Positions 19,524 through 28,917 of a stretch of 64,000 bases of DNA are shown piece after piece. Numbering within the stretch: position 1 is the stretch's first letter; every line of letters starts with the position of its first letter. The stretch is from the IMG/VR virus record IMGVR_UViG_3300033553_000790; one strand, given 5' to 3'. The stretch comes from an uncultured virus (IMG/VR IMGVR_UViG_3300033553_000790). Its lineage: Duplodnaviria > Heunggongvirae > Uroviricota > Caudoviricetes. Both the position numbers and the translations under genes were made by a program. Below the pieces are notes generated by a model. That model searched no databases. It was not told the DNA's origin and worked only from the letters and a program-made list of their open reading frames with translations.

Positions 19524-19904
19524 ATGAGCCAAGGTAAAGTTGTTTTAGTAAGAATGACAAAAGAAATAGAAATACTTGAACTTAAAAGTTTCAAGTTAGA
19601 TGATATTAAAGAACTAGGGGAGAAGGGCTTCCCGGATGTAACTGATGTACGAGAAACGGGGTTAACAGTAATTAGCCGACCTGACTACGAAAAATATCCG
19701 AACAACGGTTTTGAACGTGGTGACGGGGATGCCACAATCAACATTACTGCTATCAAACTTCTATCAGACATCAATGCTTTAGGTCGGTTTGTGGTAGGCT
19801 TCAGAGGTGACATTATAATAGCTGGCCCGTTCAACGATGACAACGAAACAATATCGCCAATCCCCGAAGAATGGATGAACAAAATCGAAGCTTCCCTCAA
19901 ATAG
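19524..19904 (+). CDS. hypothetical protein, tandem paralog (DUF3846-like, tentative)
   Basis: SFKLDDIKELGE, GD.I.AGPFND..ETIS.IP.EWMNK shared with next gene. Confidence 0.7.
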   Translation: MSQGKVVLVRMTKEIEILELKSFKLDDIKELGEKGFPDVTDVRETGLTVISRPDYEKYPNNGFERGDGDATINITAIKLLSDINALGRFVVGFRGDIIIAGPFNDDNETISPIPEEWMNKIEASLK

Positions 19905-19988
19905 TAAGCTTGACATTACATGCTATTTCTATACGTTAGAGACAAAACCTAACTACCAGCTGAAGAGCACTACTAAAAGGAGAAACCA

Positions 19989-20354
19989 ATGAGTAATGAA
20001 ATTATGGTCATCAGAATGAACGGCACAGTGGATATTTTTGAACCTGACAGCTTCAAACTGGATGACATCAAAGAGTTAGGCGAAGGTTTCCTAGATGTCT
20101 CAGATGCGCCTAAACCAGGTCTCACCATCATAACTAACGATGAGAAAAATAACGGGAACTGGGGCGATGATGAGCGAAGCAAAATAAACTCAGCTGCTTT
20201 GCAAGTACTTTCAGCGATGGGTGTTTTTAAAGGAATCGTTGTAGGTTACGAGGGTGACCTTATCGTAGCGGGCCCTTTCAACGATAAAGATGAGACCATA
20301 TCAGGTATACCTGACGAATGGATGAACAAACTCGAAGAAATAATAAAAGGTTAA
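19989..20354 (+). CDS. hypothetical protein, tandem paralog (DUF3846-like, tentative)
   Basis: Paralog of 19524..19904. Confidence 0.7.
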   Translation: MSNEIMVIRMNGTVDIFEPDSFKLDDIKELGEGFLDVSDAPKPGLTIITNDEKNNGNWGDDERSKINSAALQVLSAMGVFKGIVVGYEGDLIVAGPFNDKDETISGIPDEWMNKLEEIIKG

Positions 20355-20362
20355 AACTGATT

Positions 20363-20608
20363 ATGAAAAAAAATAAATATAGATGGATACACACAGGCCC
20401 TGGAATATATTTCCTAGTTGACGATGAAGCCGATAAGAATTTAGCTGTGATAAGCACAGAGCAGAGCCGCTGGACAGCATACCTTGAAGAAACCCGTGAG
20501 GACCTTGAGCCTCTAATGGAAGGTAAAGGCCCTAAAGAAACAGTGAGTATCGCCCGTCAAGTCTGCGCTGCTCTTGGAATACCAGACGTTCCCATATTCG
20601 AAGGTTAG
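20363..20608 (+). CDS. hypothetical protein
   Basis: Start moved to MKKNKY. Confidence 0.55.
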   Translation: MKKNKYRWIHTGPGIYFLVDDEADKNLAVISTEQSRWTAYLEETREDLEPLMEGKGPKETVSIARQVCAALGIPDVPIFEG

Positions 20609-20645
20609 GGCAAAGAAAATATAACCAAAAACAAAGGATGAAAAA

Positions 20646-20918
20646 ATGTCAGACAAGAAAAGTTTTTATGTGAAAGTAGCACCAGTAGAGTCATTTAGTG
20701 CTGAAGAGCAAAAAGGGTATGAGCTGAAACTAGAGACTCTACTCAAAGGGGACGGCAAAGTATCAGTTAAGTATGATACGAAGAGTGGATTACTTACCCT
20801 GAAGGTTTCAAGGACCACCCAATATGATATACACCACGAGCTAATAATAATGGCTGGCAAAGCGCTAAAAGGCAATCGTCACACCAAATTCCAAACGAAC
20901 GCGCCAGTAATTAACTAG
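20646..20918 (+). CDS. hypothetical protein
   Basis: AAGGA RBS. Confidence 0.6.
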   Translation: MSDKKSFYVKVAPVESFSAEEQKGYELKLETLLKGDGKVSVKYDTKSGLLTLKVSRTTQYDIHHELIIMAGKALKGNRHTKFQTNAPVIN

Positions 20919-20933
20919 ATTTTACAGTACTTG

Positions 20934-21281
20934 TCAAACAGCTAAATACTTCTCTAATTCACTCGCATCTTCGAAATCTTCTGTTCGCCCACCAGCTTCA
21001 AGATTAAACCAATATGACCTGTAATGGTTTAACCTATTATCCACCGATGCGTTTTCTGTTTCTGTTACGAAAACACCAACCCCGCTAGGCAAATCCCATT
21101 TGTTTCGTAACATTTCCGCAAGCGGGTCCCTAACCATATAGAAACGCGTTTTATCATAGGACTTATAGTGTCCCGAATATTCTCCGTTAACTTCTGTTAT
21201 CAGCGTGAAATTAGGGTTGTCTTGTAATGTATCATTCATTAACGGTCTCCCTATGGCTTTAGCTGGCGAAGTAATCTTCAC
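20934..21281 (-). CDS. hypothetical protein, paralog family A (divergent)
   Basis: LA..LR.KW.L...V.V.V.E...Y.F.LEAGG. Confidence 0.6.
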   Translation of the reverse strand: MKITSPAKAIGRPLMNDTLQDNPNFTLITEVNGEYSGHYKSYDKTRFYMVRDPLAEMLRNKWDLPSGVGVFVTETENASVDNRLNHYRSYWFNLEAGGRTEDFEDASELEKYLAV

Positions 21282-21567
21282 ATTTTTTTATAGTTTCAAA
21301 GTTAGCCACAAGCCCGCCTGCCTTTATCGTAAAATCGTAATCATCTTCACGAGTAGTATCATAGTAACCACCTGGGGCTACGTCCTCTACTAGAATGACA
21401 GGTTCACTAGATTCTAACCCCCATGTTCTTCTCACATCATCAGCTAGGCTACCGTTCACTGCGTAGATGTATGTTTGTGCGAAATCATCCCAAATTTCAT
21501 CATATTCACCTTCGATTTTTTTAACTAAGGTGAGCATCGGGTATCCGACTAAGTTTGTCTGTGTCAT
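21259..21567 (-). CDS. hypothetical protein, paralog family A
   Basis: VNGSLADDVRRTW, TREDDYDFTIKAGG. Confidence 0.7.
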   Translation of the reverse strand: MTQTNLVGYPMLTLVKKIEGEYDEIWDDFAQTYIYAVNGSLADDVRRTWGLESSEPVILVEDVAPGGYYDTTREDDYDFTIKAGGLVANFETIKKCEDYFAS

Positions 21568-21706
21568 TATTTTATCATCCCTATTAACTGTTCTCTTTCT
21601 CTAACGAAGAACGCTACAATTAGTAATAAATTATTTGCTAACAGAATCCGTTAGAATAATCTAACCGAAATCATATTGCCAGATATCTAACCCTAGGAGA
21701 ACAAAA

Positions 21707-22075
21707 ATGAGCGAATGTAAATTCTGTAAGCTAGTTAATGCTTCAGACGCAACGAGGGTAGGCTCGGTTTATTATATTGAAGATGGCTACCCTGTAACCC
21801 CTGGTCACACGCTCATTATACCCGTTAATCACCGCGCGGATTATTTTGAACTTTCCTCTACAGAGCTTAATGACACTAACGCTGCTATATGGCAGATAAG
21901 AAAGAACCTCCTCAGTAAAGGAGCCCAAGGGTTCAATATAGGTTGGAATTGCGGAATAGTAGCAGGGCAGACAATAGGTCATGCTCATTGTCATGTGATA
22001 CCACGTCGTAGTGGCGATATGTCAGACCCTACTGGTGGTGTACGTGGCGTGATACCTTCGAAACAAAAATACTGA
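21707..22075 (+). CDS. HIT family hydrolase
   Basis: CKFC, YPVTPGHTLIIP, AGQTIGHAHCHVIPR (HxHxH). Confidence 0.93.
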   Translation: MSECKFCKLVNASDATRVGSVYYIEDGYPVTPGHTLIIPVNHRADYFELSSTELNDTNAAIWQIRKNLLSKGAQGFNIGWNCGIVAGQTIGHAHCHVIPRRSGDMSDPTGGVRGVIPSKQKY

Positions 22076-22082
22076 TAGGCAG

Positions 22083-22586
22083 CTATTTATAGTAGCCCAG
22101 TATCTCTTTTTTGAAAATATCATCCATATATTTCTTAAGTTCATTGAAAGGTATAACTCTCACATTGGATATAGCTTTCTCTGGTACGAGAATTTCCCAG
22201 TGCTCTAAGCTTGGTTCTATGTTTGTTTTCCTTACGTGTTCTGAAAGCGAAACGCCGCTATCCCAGTAGTTTTTATATTTCTCAGTTGAGGATGGGTTGA
22301 GAGTTTCGCTATTATCCGAATTTGAAGCTCTTTGCCATTTCAGAATATCGTAAACAAATATGCCATCAGGGTTCACATCAAATTCCCTTACCTTAACGTC
22401 GTCTAAACCTGAGAGTTTATTTCCTCTAACCCACCTTATCACTGAAGCTGGTTCTGACACGGCAAATATAGCTGTTGTACGGCCCTGTCTGCCCTCTGGA
22501 AGGAATAGATCCGCATGGGCATAAGAGAGAGCCTCTACACCTCTTTTGGACGGTACAAAGACAGGGCCGGATCTGTATAGTTTCAT
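22083..22586 (-). CDS. hypothetical protein
   Basis: Start moved to MKLYRSG after GAGG; LYR...WEILVP. Confidence 0.6.
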   Translation of the reverse strand: MKLYRSGPVFVPSKRGVEALSYAHADLFLPEGRQGRTTAIFAVSEPASVIRWVRGNKLSGLDDVKVREFDVNPDGIFVYDILKWQRASNSDNSETLNPSSTEKYKNYWDSGVSLSEHVRKTNIEPSLEHWEILVPEKAISNVRVIPFNELKKYMDDIFKKEILGYYK

Positions 22587-22651
22587 TTCTATTTTACCTC
22601 TTTGGCTATATATCATCTCTAACGTTGATAGGATTATAACAGTTAAAGCTA

Positions 22652-22680
22652 TAGACAAGCAATAAGCATGGTGTTATACT
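22652..22680 (+). promoter_or_regulatory. sigmaA-type promoter
   Basis: TAGACA-N17-TATACT with TG extension, upstream of 22713. Confidence 0.55.
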
Positions 22681-22712
22681 GTGTTTTGTGACCTTATCGA
22701 GAAGGAATTCTG

Positions 22713-23339
22713 ATGTCAGATTTTAAGTATTCTAGACCAACTGAGCTTGTTGCTGGTGGGGTTGGGGTTCTAGGTTTAGTGGCGCGTGTCAATAAGGAAA
22801 AGCATTATGGTTTCTTTGTTAGGCGAATTAACGAACCTGTTGAGCCTAGCTTGAAGATGCTTATCCAGAAAGCCGTTGAGTTAGGTTATCTTATATCCGT
22901 TGAGGATGAAGATGCTGAGCTTCTGCTGATGGAAGATAAGGGGAAGAGGGCTTTAGCGAGCGCAGATCTTTACCCGCTTATAAAGAATGTCGATATGGAC
23001 AACCCTGAATTCAGGTATATAGCGGAAGCTTGGTCTTTTATACTCCTCAATGGCGGGGAATCTAACTTCATGGGGAGTATATATAAAGACTGGAATGCTT
23101 ATGATTCGGCCTTACCTCATTTACTGGCTTGTGGGATCGATATGGAACGCGCCCGACCTCCAAGGGCATCACAGTGGCCGACTTTCGAAAGTACCTTCGC
23201 GGAGGAAGACCATTACGAATCTGTTTTCAGCGGCTACGCTTATTGTAACTGCTCTGAAATTGATGGGAATGAAATAGGGGTCGAGTTGAGTTCCAGCGTA
23301 GCTTCGTTAATTAAAGAGCTATCTAAGAATAGACGCTAA
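22713..23339 (+). CDS. hypothetical protein
   Basis: 208-aa ORF, AAGGA RBS. Confidence 0.65.
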   Translation: MSDFKYSRPTELVAGGVGVLGLVARVNKEKHYGFFVRRINEPVEPSLKMLIQKAVELGYLISVEDEDAELLLMEDKGKRALASADLYPLIKNVDMDNPEFRYIAEAWSFILLNGGESNFMGSIYKDWNAYDSALPHLLACGIDMERARPPRASQWPTFESTFAEEDHYESVFSGYAYCNCSEIDGNEIGVELSSSVASLIKELSKNRR

Positions 23340-23352
23340 TTCCTGTTTAATA

Positions 23353-23757
23353 CTAAGATTGGACTTGGGCTAGGTAGATGTACTTTTCAGTTAAAGCAAC
23401 CTTATGGTCACTGTCGCTGTAAAACATATCTACAACCGGGGCGAAACTAACCCACCAGGGGCGGGACTTCTCAACCACCACATAGTAGCTTTGGTCGCCA
23501 TCACTCTCCACATATGTCACAGTAGCTGTACTGCCAGCTACGCCTGATGCGTAAGCGGTTTGAGCGTCTATATAACCGAATTCCACTAAGCTTCTGTCAA
23601 CGTGATTGTAGCCATACACTAGCGTCCCGACTGAAGAAAGCACAAAAACTACTGCTGTTATGGTGGTTGTCCATCTCTTAACTTTAGAATCGTTAACGAA
23701 GACTCCGACTGTCACTGCCACTAATATCGAAATAATTACTGCGAACATTTCGACCAC
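23353..23757 (-). CDS. membrane protein
   Basis: Two N-terminal hydrophobic helices. Confidence 0.6.
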   Translation of the reverse strand: MVEMFAVIISILVAVTVGVFVNDSKVKRWTTTITAVVFVLSSVGTLVYGYNHVDRSLVEFGYIDAQTAYASGVAGSTATVTYVESDGDQSYYVVVEKSRPWWVSFAPVVDMFYSDSDHKVALTEKYIYLAQVQS

Positions 23758-24018
23758 CTCTTCGTGTCTCTTCTATATATAATATATCCGGCTGGCTGAG
23801 GTGCGAGAGGGCATTATTGAGTGTGTGATAGGGCACATTTAAGGCTAAAAGTGACTTACATAACACAACTTTTAAGAGAAAAATGGATTTCGACTCCGAA
23901 TAAGCCGAACCGGTTCAATTTTAACTATTATTAGAAGCCCAGAACAAGCTCATTTTTTCAATACTCTAAGCCTATATAATAGATATTATATCCACAATAT
24001 GGAAGATGAGAGTAAAAG

Positions 24019-26697
24019 ATGTTGAACAACAGAAAACAACCCCGTTCCGGGCAAAAAGCAAAAAAAGTAGTATCAATTATATTAGCTGCTGCCCTTGCGG
24101 TTCTACTAATACCGGCTGTCGCTATTACCGCAGACGCTTATAGCAGCACTACCGGTTGGGCATCCGGGGCGGGCGACCAGCTTGGTGTCGGCAATGGTTT
24201 AGTTTTAGAGGAATTCTACAGCATCGGAGCCAATGCGACTTATCGTCAGAAATGGATGGGTGGCTACTCCACTAGTTTAACAACTAACACCCCAGCGGGA
24301 TTAGAAACAGACCTTTGGTGTGTGGAAGGTGGAGTTGCTATTAACCCAAGCGCTTACACTTGGTCATCTGTAAATAATGACAGAGCTGAGTATCTTCTCT
24401 GGTTAGCTGAGCATAATTTTAGCGACCCTGATGGGAAAGCAGCTGTGAGCTATATTCTTTATAGTTCGATCTATCCAGCTGATGGCGCAAACGCGAGCTA
24501 CGGGACAAGAGTTTGGGCGCATACCGATTTCACAGCAGCAGCTAGAGCAGACGCTAACGCTTTTAATGCTTTATCTACTTACACTAACACAGCTGGCGCG
24601 TTAACTGCGCAAATAACTAGCTCGCCCCCAACAAAAGGTGAACTGGACAACATAGTGGTAAATGACGCGTGGGGAAACCCTGTTTCCGGAATAAGTTACA
24701 CTATCACGGCGGATAATGGTAACGTAACATTCGATTCTACTGGGACTTCAACTGTCACAGGAACTACAGGAAGCTCAGTGATAAACGGAGCTCACCCGTG
24801 GTCTACAGTATCAACCGGCACAGAAGATTTCACTATCACATATAGTAAAGCAGCTCCAGCATCAACCGTATGGTATGGCTCAAGCCCCACTTACCAAAAT
24901 TTCTTAGCCTCAGGAGCTTACAGTAACTTAACTTCATCGGCTAGCCTTGGAAACGTAACTAGCGTGTTCCTGCCAACCGGAACCTCTCAAGTTGTTTCTA
25001 GCGAAATACTTATTGGCGAGGCCGTCTCAGATACTTTTGTTCCGGCAGCCTCTCAGGGAGACTGGTGGCCTGGTATATTAGTGGATTATGATGTTACTGC
25101 TTATTACAGCCCCACCGCTCCAGTAGAATCTGCAACCATACCCGTTGGTGCGGTAGTATTCGGCTCAGACCGTGTAACAGGTGAGGAGGGGGTGCCTCTC
25201 ACCGTCACATTAGGTAATGCCGATAAGCGCGGATACTATGTGTTTGTATGGTCTTTCGACTATTCATCTCAGCCCGCAATGTTTCAGTTTTATTACACAG
25301 GGGCCGACTGGTCAGATAATTATGGTTTAGCTGACGAAATAGTGACCTCGCAAGGGTTCCAACCGGCAGGTACGTCATCTGTACCGGAAAAAGAAATAAC
25401 AGTTGATGATGAGTTAATAGATAATTTTACAACAGCTTCTCTCGTAGATGCCACTAACCCCCTAACGGCTGACACCTGGTCAGCATTACCTAGCGGTGAC
25501 CCCGTGCCTGTTGTATACGATGTTGACCTATATTTCACAGGTGATCAGGACCCAGCTGCTGCGGGTACATTAGTGTCATCCCAGCAGGTTCAGTCTACTG
25601 GCGGAGAAGGCGACAACCTGACTGTTAACTTCGGAACCCTATCTGACTTAGGCGTTCCAACCCAAACAGGTTTCTACTATTTCGTTTGGTCTGTCGATAA
25701 AGCATCTCAGACTGCTACAAGCAACATTTATATTGATGGCAACTGGGAAGATGGACATAACATAGCTGCTGAGACACTCTCAGCCAGACCTTACCCCGTT
25801 TTTGCTTCAGTGGCTGCTGACATTGATACGGCAGCAGGTAAAGTATTCACAGATGACCTTGAAGTCAGTGGTTTTAACACTGACCACGGAACGTTCGCTG
25901 GTGGGTCTGGTTTTACGGCTGACGTTAACGATATCACCCACACCCTTTATTTCTTTGAAGAAGGAACCGTGGTGTCGGATGCGAACATAGGTTTAGCGAC
26001 CGAGCTTGGTAGTGTGACTTTAGCAGCTGAGAATGGCTCAAATCAAGACATCTCAGATTTGTCTTTCACATCAGTTAAAGACGCTAACGGCAATGAAGTT
26101 CCAGGAACATATGTTTTCGTTACGTCTTTCGCGGGAGATAGCCGAATGGCCCCTTACTCATCCCCAACTACTGATGTGAATGAGCAGTATGTGTTATCCT
26201 ACCCGGACTTCGGAGTGGTAACTAACGCACAAGTAGATAAGACACTCAGCGTAGGAACAACTAACGCTACGTTCCACGATAACGCAACGGTGACTGGTTA
26301 TGTGCCAGTGGGTTCATACACAACATTTAACCTATACTACTATGCTGACATTAACACCCCTATCTGTGATGCTAGCACCGAGATAGGCACTACCGACACT
26401 GTAAACTTAACTGCCGCTGGAGAGTATTCCTCGAAGGACTATGTTGTCGCCACAATACAGGAGGGGGCCTACGCTTTCCTCGCTAAGACTTATGATACTG
26501 CTGGGAACATCTTAGCTCAAGATACTTGTGGTATGACCGCTGAGACTATCACTGTAGTAAGTCCGCTAGCGGACACTGGTGTTGATGGGCAGGGCTTAAT
26601 GAGTCTATCGCTCACTTCTATTCTCATGCTGTTAGGCGGCGCTGGGGTAACTTACGGAGTCCGTAGGAAAGGCCTTGCGTACATCCCCGCTCACTAA
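24019..26697 (+). CDS. large sortase-anchored cell-surface protein (LAxTG)
   Basis: N-terminal signal peptide, T/S/G-rich beta-like repeats (GYY.FVWS.D twice), C-terminal LADTG + TM helix + RRK tail. Confidence 0.85.
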   Translation: MLNNRKQPRSGQKAKKVVSIILAAALAVLLIPAVAITADAYSSTTGWASGAGDQLGVGNGLVLEEFYSIGANATYRQKWMGGYSTSLTTNTPAGLETDLWCVEGGVAINPSAYTWSSVNNDRAEYLLWLAEHNFSDPDGKAAVSYILYSSIYPADGANASYGTRVWAHTDFTAAARADANAFNALSTYTNTAGALTAQITSSPPTKGELDNIVVNDAWGNPVSGISYTITADNGNVTFDSTGTSTVTGTTGSSVINGAHPWSTVSTGTEDFTITYSKAAPASTVWYGSSPTYQNFLASGAYSNLTSSASLGNVTSVFLPTGTSQVVSSEILIGEAVSDTFVPAASQGDWWPGILVDYDVTAYYSPTAPVESATIPVGAVVFGSDRVTGEEGVPLTVTLGNADKRGYYVFVWSFDYSSQPAMFQFYYTGADWSDNYGLADEIVTSQGFQPAGTSSVPEKEITVDDELIDNFTTASLVDATNPLTADTWSALPSGDPVPVVYDVDLYFTGDQDPAAAGTLVSSQQVQSTGGEGDNLTVNFGTLSDLGVPTQTGFYYFVWSVDKASQTATSNIYIDGNWEDGHNIAAETLSARPYPVFASVAADIDTAAGKVFTDDLEVSGFNTDHGTFAGGSGFTADVNDITHTLYFFEEGTVVSDANIGLATELGSVTLAAENGSNQDISDLSFTSVKDANGNEVPGTYVFVTSFAGDSRMAPYSSPTTDVNEQYVLSYPDFGVVTNAQVDKTLSVGTTNATFHDNATVTGYVPVGSYTTFNLYYYADINTPICDASTEIGTTDTVNLTAAGEYSSKDYVVATIQEGAYAFLAKTYDTAGNILAQDTCGMTAETITVVSPLADTGVDGQGLMSLSLTSILMLLGGAGVTYGVRRKGLAYIPAH

Positions 26698-26710
26698 GTA
26701 GCTTATTATC

Positions 26711-26752
26711 CCCCTATAGCTGAATATTTTAATTAAGGTTCAGCTATAGGGG
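26711..26752 (+). terminator. 14-bp hairpin after surface-protein gene
   Basis: CCCCTATAGCTGAA / TTCAGCTATAGGGG. Confidence 0.65.
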
Positions 26753-26822
26753 AGTGAAAGCGTTGTGATTACCGTTAGCTAAGAGTAAGGCCTTACCCGC
26801 TCGGCTTACAGGAGAATAGAAC

Positions 26823-27092
26823 ATGGAAACTATAGACGAAATTTTTGAGACACTATCAGCCAATAAAGATGACGATCTAGACTACTCATATCATAGTGAT
26901 AATGATATGGATAACATAGAGTCTATGAATAAATTTTTAGAGGAAAACTCCTTAGGTGACTACATTTCAGAGTATGATGGCACCATGGTATTCCTTAAGC
27001 ACCCTGACTACAATTTCGAAGCTGTTGTGACATCATCAGGCCTGGGAGATTTTTTCAGTCACGGAATTTATGTAGCAGTTGCCAAAAGATAA
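26823..27092 (+). CDS. hypothetical protein
   Basis: AGGAG RBS; CGTTAG at 26773. Confidence 0.6.
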   Translation: METIDEIFETLSANKDDDLDYSYHSDNDMDNIESMNKFLEENSLGDYISEYDGTMVFLKHPDYNFEAVVTSSGLGDFFSHGIYVAVAKR

Positions 27093-27105
27093 ACATCTTA
27101 GCTGG

Positions 27106-27402
27106 CTAAACAGATTTAGATATTCTGTCCGCGAGGTAACATTCCTCAATAAGTTTTCTTTGGCTCTCAGATAAGTTATTTTCGCCATCTTTAAGGGTGA
27201 CCGACATGTCAAAACTGTTACTAAACCCTTTCATAACATCGTTCACTTCTTTGAATTTATTAAAAAGAGGTGCAAGCAGTTCGCTTATCTCTTTCGCTTT
27301 TTCATCAGGGAATATTTTATTAAAGTTATCGTAGGATTGAGTCTTAGCTGCCCATAGGACAGAATCAATTATTGTTTCAATTTGTTCAGCTGTGCTTGCC
27401 AT
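27106..27402 (-). CDS. hypothetical protein
   Basis: ORF track. Confidence 0.55.
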   Translation of the reverse strand: MASTAEQIETIIDSVLWAAKTQSYDNFNKIFPDEKAKEISELLAPLFNKFKEVNDVMKGFSNSFDMSVTLKDGENNLSESQRKLIEECYLADRISKSV

Positions 27403-27420
27403 TATAATTACCTGTTCCTT

Positions 27421-27837
27421 CTATTCGTCATCTAATGCTTCTAGTTCTTTCTTTAATTTTGCTCGTCGCGCATCTACGTATCTTTGGTTCTCAACTTCTT
27501 TCTTCTTGCTGTAATCCCTATAGTCATTCTCTAATATTTGTTTAATATTTTCAAAGTCGTTGAAAGATATGAAAAAATCTTTACCTTCCGAATCGTCATA
27601 ATAATATAATTCACCCCTATCCGGGTAAGGGGTGAAGGTATCATGAGAAACGTAGTCTATACCAGATACCCAAGCCCATTTCCAATCGGAGCTACTTCTG
27701 TAAAGGTTTTTACTGCGCGAGAATTCCTTAACGGTTTCAACAAAATCGGAGCACACAGCTTTGAAAGCTTCTCTCTCAGCTTTAACGCTGTTGTTGGCGG
27801 CAACGTACTGGTTAATAGTGGATCTTATATCTGACAT
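27421..27837 (-). CDS. hypothetical protein
   Basis: ORF; CTAACG at 27897. Confidence 0.6.
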   Translation of the reverse strand: MSDIRSTINQYVAANNSVKAEREAFKAVCSDFVETVKEFSRSKNLYRSSSDWKWAWVSGIDYVSHDTFTPYPDRGELYYYDDSEGKDFFISFNDFENIKQILENDYRDYSKKKEVENQRYVDARRAKLKKELEALDDE

Positions 27838-27967
27838 TCCTGTGTTCCTTTTCGATTAAGCATCTGAGTTCAAAATACTCTAATTATAAGTATACACTAA
27901 CGAGCTAATGGTGTTAAATTTATTAAGCTAAAACATCTTTTCACACGTTAGTGAATGATACGTCGAT

Positions 27968-28150
27968 ATGAAACAACCCGAGGAGGCTACTTCAGCCATG
28001 TACCACAACATAGATGAACTACGAGAAGGGTATGATGAAATCCCCGAAGATGAACGAAGTGATTTTTTAACCTACTGTGAGCAGATGGTTGAGAACGGGC
28101 TTTATGTCGGCCCTACAATAAGTCTTTACGACCCGAAACTATACAACTAG
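27968..28150 (+). CDS. hypothetical protein (start may be 27998)
   Basis: GAGGAGG precedes ATG 27998. Confidence 0.5.
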   Translation: MKQPEEATSAMYHNIDELREGYDEIPEDERSDFLTYCEQMVENGLYVGPTISLYDPKLYN

Positions 28151-28164
28151 AAGGAGTTAACATA

Positions 28165-28350
28165 ATGTCTGAAGAAAAAGGAATTTCTTTCCAAGAGATT
28201 GAGAACGGTATTAAAGCTGGTTTGTTATCCCCAGCGGCGCGAGATATGAACAGTGTGGATGTAGTCCACCAATATGCTGGAGCTAACGCTTTAACTATGA
28301 GCGAAGCTTATCATGAGTTGCGCAACGCAAAACCGGTAGATGGGAAATAA
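28165..28350 (+). CDS. hypothetical protein
   Basis: AAGGAG RBS. Confidence 0.6.
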   Translation: MSEEKGISFQEIENGIKAGLLSPAARDMNSVDVVHQYAGANALTMSEAYHELRNAKPVDGK

Positions 28351-28352
28351 TA

Positions 28353-28571
28353 ATGAAATCAGGGATGAAACAGAACTTCAAAACGATTAAGGAAATTAAG
28401 GAACTTGTTGACGACAGCCAACTGGTTTACTTGTTAGGGGATTTTGACGCTGAAGTTCAAATAACTGGTGACGTTCAGAAGAGCAACGTGGTCCCTGGAA
28501 CGTATTCTGTTGAAACAGAAATAGGGACAGTATATCTTAACGAAGGTGAAGAGTACGGCTTTCTCTACTAA
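28353..28571 (+). CDS. hypothetical protein
   Basis: Follows previous gene directly. Confidence 0.55.
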   Translation: MKSGMKQNFKTIKEIKELVDDSQLVYLLGDFDAEVQITGDVQKSNVVPGTYSVETEIGTVYLNEGEEYGFLY

Positions 28572-28837
28572 TTAATGTAGCTTCTGTCATTATCTACTAT
28601 TAATCCGCAGCAAGGTTTGAAATTAACATCCCAGGCGCTTTCAGCTCCGCCTTCTTCTAAGAAGTCCCGGTTGTACTCTAACCAGACATCGCGGGTAGTT
28701 TCAGCCTCTAGCACAAAGGTACCCGGAACATACTCGGATGTCCTCAGTTTCCTTGCTATGTCACGACATCCTGTTAAGTGAGCTTCCGTATCGCCGTTAC
28801 CTTTATGTATGATAGATATACTTGTCATATTATTCAA
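28568..28837 (-). CDS. hypothetical protein
   Basis: H..GCRDI ... FKPCC. Confidence 0.55.
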   Translation of the reverse strand: MNNMTSISIIHKGNGDTEAHLTGCRDIARKLRTSEYVPGTFVLEAETTRDVWLEYNRDFLEEGGAESAWDVNFKPCCGLIVDNDRSYIN

Positions 28838-28917
28838 CCCCTTAAATTTGGTTTTCTTTTATTATCCTATCAGGATATCAATATGATAGAAGATTTTTCA
28901 CGAAAACTGATGTTTGT

